A DNA stretch of 64,000 nt, taken from contig CAXXFF010000003.1 in NCBI GenBank assembly GCA_963676835.2, forward strand, positions 32,001-96,000, written 5' to 3'. Position 1 is the first letter of the stretch, and the number at the start of each line of letters is the position of its first letter. The notes under the pieces are model-generated. The model made no database searches, was not told the origin of the DNA, and saw only the letters and a program-made list of their open reading frames with translations. Origin of the DNA: Marispirochaeta sp. GTDB lineage: Bacteria > Spirochaetota > Spirochaetia > JC444 > Marispirochaetaceae. Of this stretch, positions 56,925 through 64,000 are shown piece after piece. Both the position numbers and the translations under genes were made by a program.

Positions 56925-58320
56925 ATACCGAATATGCCAGCTTGCTTTTGGCAATCCGCTTCCGGGAAGCCCGGATTTCATCGCCGTAATCGTAGATAAT
57001 ATTACCGATCTTTTCCCTCAGGGTGCCGTATCCGAAGGCTGCTGCACAGATCTCAAAATTCTGCTCAACCGCATCATCCCGTACTCCTTTATCGGTAATA
57101 AGGGTATGCATCTGTTCCACTGCGGAATCGGGAATAATCAGCATACCCGTGTCGTCGTACTGATCAAGAATTTCCACATTTTTAAGCTTTAAAATACCGA
57201 TATCGGTTTTGTAAACCAGATAGGTGGTGGTCACCACCGGCACCTTGGCAGCAATAGCCTCCAGCAGGGCATTGCCGAAGCCTTCCCAAATGGGCAGGTA
57301 GGTTACAATATCCGCATTTGCAAGGACATCCCTGTTTGTGTACATCTTCCGGCCCTCGGCATCGGTTCCCCGTTCAGAGGCAACCCGTTCTGCAATCAGA
57401 TGCACGGGTATGCCCATTTTTTCGCCCATGGCCTGTATCTGCTGGATATAGTTTTCATCCGGCTCATCTCCCTGATACAGGGAAATTATAAAGTGGGTAC
57501 GGTTTTTATACTGAGGGTATTTCTCTACAAATCGACCGACAAGAGCCACAGAATCCTCTATACGCTTCCGCCGTACAATCCGTGTTGGCTGTATAACAAG
57601 AATATCATCTTCCCTGAAACCGAGATCGGCTCTGAAGCTTGAATTATACTCATCCTTCCATACGGGATTATCAAAGTCTTCACAGTTTGGCACCAGCTTC
57701 GGATGCACCCTCTTTATGGAGCGCAATACGTGGGCGGCATAAGAGGAAAGAACAACATGTTCCAGTCCGGGATCAGTGGGAGGCATTATACGACCGAGAA
57801 GTCCTTCTATATGGCTGTTGGAAAAGCGGCTCCTTTCCCACCAGAAATCATGATGATGAAAAATTGTGGCTACCCGTTTTTCGCTTGCAAGTTCATATAC
57901 ACCCATGCCGCCCAGGAGAGTCATGGGCATGGCATTGGTATTCTGGGCTACAATAACGTCAATATCGTTATTCTGAACATATTCAAACATGCGGTTGGCA
58001 ATCTCGTTGCCCTCAAACTGCAGTTTGTCCAGAATCATTTTCTTTCTTTTAGGGGTAATATGGGGGGGGTGTTTCTGCAGATGAGGAAAAACCTGGCTTT
58101 CATACCATTTCTGCTCTTCGCTGTCGAAACGGATACCAGGAAGGGTAAACTGCTGATCTTCCGGCAGAGAGGTAAGCACCGTACCGTATTTCCCGGCAAT
58201 GGTATGAACCTCATGACCCATTCCGTTGAGGACATCTATCCATTTATCAACTTCCAGTGAAACACCGTCAACGTCGCCGAGTTTTCCCGAAATTATGCCC
58301 ACTTTAAATGCGTCTGCCAT
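56923..58320 (-). CDS. GT4 glycosyltransferase (mannosylglucosyl-3-phosphoglycerate-synthase-like motifs)
   Basis: DGVSLE, HHHDFWWER, QPTRIVRRKRIE, EGFGNALLEA. Confidence 0.82.
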   Translation of the reverse strand: MADAFKVGIISGKLGDVDGVSLEVDKWIDVLNGMGHEVHTIAGKYGTVLTSLPEDQQFTLPGIRFDSEEQKWYESQVFPHLQKHPPHITPKRKKMILDKLQFEGNEIANRMFEYVQNNDIDVIVAQNTNAMPMTLLGGMGVYELASEKRVATIFHHHDFWWERSRFSNSHIEGLLGRIMPPTDPGLEHVVLSSYAAHVLRSIKRVHPKLVPNCEDFDNPVWKDEYNSSFRADLGFREDDILVIQPTRIVRRKRIEDSVALVGRFVEKYPQYKNRTHFIISLYQGDEPDENYIQQIQAMGEKMGIPVHLIAERVASERGTDAEGRKMYTNRDVLANADIVTYLPIWEGFGNALLEAIAAKVPVVTTTYLVYKTDIGILKLKNVEILDQYDDTGMLIIPDSAVEQMHTLITDKGVRDDAVEQNFEICAAAFGYGTLREKIGNIIYDYGDEIRASRKRIAKSKLAYSV

Positions 58321-58359
58321 AGCAACCTTCCTTTCAACCGTCAGTTAAAGTATATAGTA

Positions 58360-59526
58360 TCAGGCCTGGAACAGAGGCCCCATGCGTCCTTTCCAGCGGG
58401 GATGTTTTGATGAAATATCTTCGGTGTACAGAGGCCCGTCAAAGGGTTCCTGTTCAACTCCTTTCAAACCGGTTACACAACTGGATATCCACCGGGCAAG
58501 ACGGAGTACCACCATTTTATGCCTCAGTCTCCCCTGCATATCCCTGTTGAGAATCTGCGGGATTGTACTGGTGGTTACAATTTCATCAATAGCCGGATCG
58601 TTCAGGGTTATCCGCCCTTCTCTGCTTGAATAAAAATGGGTAACCATAAATATAATCTTATTAGGATTCCCCTGTCTCAGCAACTTGCAGCACTCAAGAA
58701 TTGTAGTACCCGTACGGACCATGTCGTCGGTGACAACCAGATCCTTTCCTTCAATATCTGCCAAAGAAATACCGCTGTCCGGATCAACCTCGATGCTTAC
58801 TTCCCGTTCACCGGTTCTCTTTTTGTTCATGGAAAGAAGTTTTACGTCATCCCGGCCGAGGCAATCATGCAGTTTCTGACAGAAAACAAGAGCGCCTTTA
58901 TCGGGTGCGCAGAGAACAAGGTTGTCTACATTTACAATATCGGAGTCGCGAATGTACTCTGCATATACAGGAAAGGGCTGCAGGTTATTGAAATACCCTG
59001 AAAAACGGTCCATAAAAATATGTTCCACCGAAACCGAATGGTTATGTACCGTTACCACTTCGTCCACACCGCTCTCCCGGAGAAGATCAGCATACAATCT
59101 TGCGGAAAAGGGCTGGCCGTCAAACTTCTTATAGTCCCATTCGTTACGGCTTATTGCAGTATCTCCATGTTCGGGCCGGGGGCCGCGGTCCTGGGCGCTG
59201 TAGAACAGATCCGGTTCAAGCAGAATCACCCTGTCGGCACCATTATCCTTGGCGGCCCTGGCAATAAGAAAGTTCCTTGTGGCCAGCTCATCTCTGGTGT
59301 AGCCGCCCATGGTTGTGCTGGTGATAATCACAGTATAATTTTCCAGCTTTCGCCCTATATTTTCCATGCTTTCTTCGTCCACAATAAACCGGGGGCAGAA
59401 TTCATCATTCAGAAAACTTTTAAGGGATACAATATCTGAATAATGCTCCCTCTGGCCAAGATGAAAACCTATATCCGCGGCAAAAGGACTGTCCGCTATA
59501 TTACCTACAATTATCAGCTTTCCCAT
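58360..59526 (-). CDS. Divergent ribose-phosphate pyrophosphokinase family protein
   Basis: YSAQDR, APDKG, KKR, DDMVRTGTT, VTH, TIP. Confidence 0.78.
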   Translation of the reverse strand: MGKLIIVGNIADSPFAADIGFHLGQREHYSDIVSLKSFLNDEFCPRFIVDEESMENIGRKLENYTVIITSTTMGGYTRDELATRNFLIARAAKDNGADRVILLEPDLFYSAQDRGPRPEHGDTAISRNEWDYKKFDGQPFSARLYADLLRESGVDEVVTVHNHSVSVEHIFMDRFSGYFNNLQPFPVYAEYIRDSDIVNVDNLVLCAPDKGALVFCQKLHDCLGRDDVKLLSMNKKRTGEREVSIEVDPDSGISLADIEGKDLVVTDDMVRTGTTILECCKLLRQGNPNKIIFMVTHFYSSREGRITLNDPAIDEIVTTSTIPQILNRDMQGRLRHKMVVLRLARWISSCVTGLKGVEQEPFDGPLYTEDISSKHPRWKGRMGPLFQA

Positions 59527-59724
59527 CTGGGTACTCCTTGGGTTGTCACACGGAATGCAGACTAAAATATGGAATAAATCAGGTCAACAGCTTCAGGCCA
59601 CCTCTAAAAACTACTCTTTTCTCCATATCCTCCTGGGCTATGGCAAAAATACCACGTTTTTAGAAGTGCCTTTATATCATAACGGGTATTGAGTTTTCGG
59701 TACAGGACTGTGTATTGTTGTGCC

Positions 59725-61404
59725 ATGTCGCAGAACAGCCAAACCCTTTCACATACTCCATTAATAGTACAAAGTGACGGTTCGCTCCTCATGGACGTGC
59801 ATGATCCCGGTTTTAACGAAGCCAGAGACCAGATAGCTCCTTTTGCCGAACTGGAAAAATCTCCCGAACATATGCATACCTATCGTGTTACCCCACTGTC
59901 ACTCTGGAATGCTGCTTCTGCAGGATTGAAAACCGGGGAAATAGAAGCTCGTCTTCAAAAGTGGTCCCGATTTCCCGTTCCGGACAATGTGCTGTTTCAG
60001 GTCCAGGATCTTTTGGGCCGTTACGGAAGCATCCGTCTTCTTCCGGCGGAAAGCGAAGATATGCTTAAACTTGAAGTACGTGATCAATCTGTACTGCGGG
60101 AAATCAGTGCCCGTAAAGAGATAGCAAAACTTCTGTTTCCCAAAGGTGATGAGATCTTTGTCCCGCTTTTAAACAGAGGAACCTTTAAAAGCGCCCTGAT
60201 AAAGATAAATTATCCCGTTGAAGATCTTGTTCCCCTCAAGGAAGGAGAACCCATAGAGATCGGTCTTAAGGCAAAAACCGGCGACGGAAGGGATTTTTCC
60301 GTCAGAGACTACCAGAAAGAGGCAGCAGAAGTCTTTCACGGCAGCGGAACCCCGGGTAACGGTTTCGGCGTTATTGTTCTGCCCTGCGGCGCAGGAAAAA
60401 CCGTGGTAGGCATAAAGACCATGGAACTGCTGAAGACCAGCACTCTTATTATCACCACCAACGTGGCAGCGGTGCACCAGTGGATCGATGAACTTCGGGA
60501 TAAAACTGATTTGCAGGAAGAGGAAATAGGCGAATATACCTCTACTGCGAAAGAGATACGGCCCGTAACGGTTACCACCTATCAGATTCTTTCCTACGGA
60601 CAAAAACAGGATCCTCCCTTTCCCCATTTCGGTATTTTCAGAGCCAGAGACTGGGGGCTGATTATCTACGACGAAGTTCATCTTCTTCCAGCTCCGGTAT
60701 TCAGGGTTACCGCAGAAATTCAGGCTATTCGCAGGCTTGGTCTCACAGCCACCCTGGTACGGGAAGACGGCAAGGAAGGCGAGGTTTTTTCTCTTATCGG
60801 GCCCAAGCGTTTTGATGTTCCCTGGAAAGAGCTTGAGGGTAAAGGCTGGATAGCAGAAGCATACTGCACTGAAGTACGGGTGGAACTTTCAAAAGATGAC
60901 AAGCTTCCCTATGCCACTGCGGATAAACGCAGGAAATACCGTATCGCATCGGAAAATCCGCGAAAAATAGAGATTGCCCGGGAACTTATTGAAAACCATC
61001 CAGAGGACGGTATCCTGATCATTGGTCAGTATCTTGATCAGCTGAAAGAACTTTCAAAAGCCTTTAAGGTTCCCATTATTACCGGACAAACTCCCAACAA
61101 AGAGCGGGAAGAACTATATGGAAAATTTCGTACCGGAGACATCCGGGTCCTTGTAGTTTCAAAGGTTGCGAACTTCGCCATAGACCTGCCGGATGCCTCA
61201 GTTGCAATACAGGTATCCGGAACCTTCGGTTCACGTCAGGAAGAAGCGCAGCGTCTCGGCCGTATCCTGCGGCCCAAAAAGCGCAGTTCATTTTTTTACA
61301 GCATAGTTTCCCGCTATACAGTGGAAGAGACCTTTGCACTGAACCGGCAGAAATTCCTTACCGAACAGGGATACCGCTACCATATCGAACTCTGGGAGAA
61401 ATAG
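59725..61404 (+). CDS. Bacterial XPB/RAD25-family helicase
   Basis: PLIVQSD, ELEKSPEHMHTY, LPCGAGKT, DEVH, SKVANFAIDLP, QRLGRILRPK. Confidence 0.93.
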   Translation: MSQNSQTLSHTPLIVQSDGSLLMDVHDPGFNEARDQIAPFAELEKSPEHMHTYRVTPLSLWNAASAGLKTGEIEARLQKWSRFPVPDNVLFQVQDLLGRYGSIRLLPAESEDMLKLEVRDQSVLREISARKEIAKLLFPKGDEIFVPLLNRGTFKSALIKINYPVEDLVPLKEGEPIEIGLKAKTGDGRDFSVRDYQKEAAEVFHGSGTPGNGFGVIVLPCGAGKTVVGIKTMELLKTSTLIITTNVAAVHQWIDELRDKTDLQEEEIGEYTSTAKEIRPVTVTTYQILSYGQKQDPPFPHFGIFRARDWGLIIYDEVHLLPAPVFRVTAEIQAIRRLGLTATLVREDGKEGEVFSLIGPKRFDVPWKELEGKGWIAEAYCTEVRVELSKDDKLPYATADKRRKYRIASENPRKIEIARELIENHPEDGILIIGQYLDQLKELSKAFKVPIITGQTPNKEREELYGKFRTGDIRVLVVSKVANFAIDLPDASVAIQVSGTFGSRQEEAQRLGRILRPKKRSSFFYSIVSRYTVEETFALNRQKFLTEQGYRYHIELWEK

Positions 61405-61465
61405 AGCCGTTTAACCGGTCCATATTCCGCTTGGCAGTTTCCACTCTTTCAGGTACTCTTTTCGG

Positions 61466-63538
61466 ATGGACCTGGTAAAAGACTGGAAAAACAGCCTGCT
61501 GAAACTGAAAGATGAACCCTTCTTTGATCTGATAAAGAACTATCTCGGACCGGTACAAACACCGTATCATAAACCGTCAATTATCAACTCCCTGGAAAAA
61601 TTACTGCTTAAAACAGAAACCCGGGAACGTCTCTTTGCACTTCTTAATGACGAAGAGCTGAAAATCTGCGGATCTGTATTACAGTCCGGCGGAATTGAAA
61701 CCAATGATCTCAGAAAACTTTTTGATCACCAGTATACCAGGCTTAAGTTTTTAAGCCTTGTTGAAAATCTGATAGAAAGGCTCATTCTTTACCGCGACAC
61801 TGCGGGACTTATTAAGCTCAACCCCTTACTTTCTGACACCATAGGCAATATTGTTATGCCGCCTCCTGTCTCCGTGATCTCAACAGAACTGAAAGCGGAA
61901 GAACCCTGGCTTAACGAAGACCTGCTTACAGCCTATCTCAGTCTGGTTAACGAAGTATCTTCACTTTATCGTCAGGACGGAAGCATCAGGAAAAGGACGC
62001 TGGATGTATTCAGAGAACGACTCGGTGAAAAACTGACAGAAGAACATATCCAGCTTCTTACCTCAACAGCAGCCGCTCTCTCACTTATTGAAAACAGAGG
62101 CGACAAATATATCCTTGATTACACCTCAATTAACGCTTTTTTTGATCAGAATCCCATGCAGCGGTATCGGGCACTGTTTACAGGAGTTGCCGCCTATGGC
62201 TGGATGGACACCAACAGTCATAGTGCATGGATCGCCGGCAGGAGAATAAGCGACTCGCTGATTTCTCTCATGGAGCAAAACAAGGCATACAGCCTGGACG
62301 AACTTGTTTCCCGTTTCAGTTTTGCCGAAAATCCCGAGGATCTGGCCTATACCCAGAAATTCAAAACAGAAAAAAGCCTGAATAACCTGATATTTTCAGG
62401 GCTCTTAACTGAGTTTCCGCAAAAGAAAATTGAAGGCAGATATGTCTCAATGGGACTTTTTTCAATTCATCTTTTCAGTTCCTTAAAAAACCTGCATGAA
62501 CTGCTTGATGTCTCAGATAATACGGATTATTCAGTTTCGGACCGCCCTCCTCTGCTTCAACCGACATTTGAGGTTATGCTGCCACCGGACTGTTCCGGCA
62601 AAAGTAAGGCTTTTGCCGCCGGTTATCTGAAAATAAATCGATATGATCGCTTAAGCCATTATGAATTTAATGAGTCTATTTTTGTTGATTCAGTTCGAAG
62701 TTCAAACAGCAGTGCCACAATCCTTGAAAATCTGAAAAGTTTTGGCGGCGACACCGTTCCGCAGAATGTTTTAGTAACGGCATCGGGCTGGCTGAATACC
62801 ATACGCCAGATTGAAATCTCTACGGGAACCGTGGTTAAAGTAGCACCCGAAATGATTCCACTGATGGAAGACCAGTTTGCCTCTGCCATCCTCGAAAGCC
62901 TTGCCCCGGGAGTCTACTTTATCAAACCGGAAAAGCTCAGTCCCTTTCTGATAAAATGGCGTAATCTCGGGTATGCGGACCCCGGGGAAATACGTAACCA
63001 TCTGAAATCCGGAGGAATCCGTAAATCTGCGAACTTTAAACAGAAAGCATCCCCCCTCAGCATCGAAACACGGAATACCCTGGATAATGAAACCAGCCCT
63101 GTTGAGCCATCTGTAAGTGAAAGATCAGATGTTTCAAAAGAAAGTGTGCAGCTTGAACTTGAAGCACGTCTGTTAAAGCTTGATCTGTCAGCAGATCAAA
63201 CAGTAGAACTTCAGGCGAAAATAGACAGGAAAATCATACTTTTTCCCGATCAGATCAGGGGAGATATCTGCAGGATAGGCAGACTGGAAGCCCGGGGAAT
63301 AGATTTTCATGCCAAGCTGAGAATCATAGAGGACGTGATGAATACTGATCAGGATCTTCTGGAGATCGATACGCCGGAAGTTGATGACTCTCCGGTACTG
63401 GTTTATCCACTTAAACTGGAAAAGAATCCCGGGAACCCCGAAATGACCGCCCTTGTATTGCCGGGCGAAAAGGAACAGACCTTCAAAATACGCCGGGCAG
63501 TAAGAATCCGGAAGCGAAAACGGTCACTTTTTTACTGA
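61466..63538 (+). CDS. XPB-associated helicase-associated-domain protein, possible C-terminal WYL-like domain
   Basis: LLQPTFEVMLP...VPQNV...W segment resembles the XPB N-terminal domain; adjacent to XPB. Confidence 0.65.
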   Translation: MDLVKDWKNSLLKLKDEPFFDLIKNYLGPVQTPYHKPSIINSLEKLLLKTETRERLFALLNDEELKICGSVLQSGGIETNDLRKLFDHQYTRLKFLSLVENLIERLILYRDTAGLIKLNPLLSDTIGNIVMPPPVSVISTELKAEEPWLNEDLLTAYLSLVNEVSSLYRQDGSIRKRTLDVFRERLGEKLTEEHIQLLTSTAAALSLIENRGDKYILDYTSINAFFDQNPMQRYRALFTGVAAYGWMDTNSHSAWIAGRRISDSLISLMEQNKAYSLDELVSRFSFAENPEDLAYTQKFKTEKSLNNLIFSGLLTEFPQKKIEGRYVSMGLFSIHLFSSLKNLHELLDVSDNTDYSVSDRPPLLQPTFEVMLPPDCSGKSKAFAAGYLKINRYDRLSHYEFNESIFVDSVRSSNSSATILENLKSFGGDTVPQNVLVTASGWLNTIRQIEISTGTVVKVAPEMIPLMEDQFASAILESLAPGVYFIKPEKLSPFLIKWRNLGYADPGEIRNHLKSGGIRKSANFKQKASPLSIETRNTLDNETSPVEPSVSERSDVSKESVQLELEARLLKLDLSADQTVELQAKIDRKIILFPDQIRGDICRIGRLEARGIDFHAKLRIIEDVMNTDQDLLEIDTPEVDDSPVLVYPLKLEKNPGNPEMTALVLPGEKEQTFKIRRAVRIRKRKRSLFY

Positions 63539-64000
63539 TCATTCAATTCATCAGCGGGGTATTTTTTTCCGGTGTATAAAAGGTACTGTTCTTTCCCCTG
63601 CTCCATAAGCATGGGCATACCGTTGATTATTTTGCAACCCGCCTTCTCGGCGGCTCTTAGAAAAAGGGTTTTATCCGGAACATACACCAAGTCGTAGGCT
63701 GTTTCATTGCCCGTCCAGCTGTAGCCTTTCAGTGGATCTTTATCTTCCATAGGATGCATTCCAAGAGCAGTGGTCTGAACAATAAGAGCGGAATATTCTT
63801 TAATTGTAATCCAGCTCTCCTGTGCGAGGGGTGCATAAGTGCAGTTAAACTCTTTTGCCAGAGATTCCGCTTTTGAGGCGGTTCGGTTAACAATAAGAAT
63901 ATCAAAACCCATACGGTGCAGCCCGTAGACAACCGCCCGGGCTGCACCGCCCGCGCCTATAACCACCGCCTTTTTTTTCGTCCGATCTTTTCCGGAAAAA
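63532..64000 (-). CDS. aroE: Shikimate dehydrogenase, C-terminal part (5' end outside the window)
   Basis: GAGGAARA, NRT, YDLVYVP, NGMPMLMEQG. Confidence 0.88.
   Translation of the reverse strand, partial: FSGKDRTKKKAVVIGAGGAARAVVYGLHRMGFDILIVNRTASKAESLAKEFNCTYAPLAQESWITIKEYSALIVQTTALGMHPMEDKDPLKGYSWTGNETAYDLVYVPDKTLFLRAAEKAGCKIINGMPMLMEQGKEQYLLYTGKKYPADELNDQ

Noticed and set aside
1..64000. CRISPR arrays, tRNA/rRNA genes, IS elements
   Set aside because: Intergenic gaps are short and I saw no regularly spaced repeats, cloverleaf motifs or transposase ORFs. This was by eye only.

Overview
A gene-dense bacterial chromosomal window with about 52 CDS. Gene content suggests a free-living anaerobic spirochaete (inference). 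I found no rRNA, tRNA, CRISPR array, integrase or transposase. In order, it holds: a FadR-type regulator with a sugar-catabolic operon (SDR, transaldolase, epimerase), convergent with TRAP and GldAFG/DUF4340-like ABC genes; mtnN, dapL, a phosphohexomutase and trpS; a 1833-aa single-chain acetyl-CoA carboxylase with eukaryote-like motifs, divergent from fabH-D-G-F-Z-V (no acpP); YhhQ, an SprT-like protein and three LPP20-like lipoproteins; birA-bioY-ecfA-ecfT with a BirA-type operator; Lhr and an orphan DNA methyltransferase; an NrdR-boxed anaerobic ribonucleotide reductase operon; an MshEN-like protein, a dGTPase and a REC-PAS-GGDEF-EAL protein; aroK-aroC; a predicted outer-membrane beta-barrel; a GT4 with an atypical PRPP-synthase homologue; XPB and its partner; and a partial aroE. 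The most striking observation is a split class III ribonucleotide reductase. The catalytic NrdD lacks its glycyl-radical loop. That loop lies on a separate 174-aa protein carrying an N-terminal coiled-coil-like segment and a C-terminal CPNC redoxin domain. The following nrdG can only be full length if it starts at a non-canonical (CTG) codon. All family assignments come from motif recognition by eye, not from database searches.
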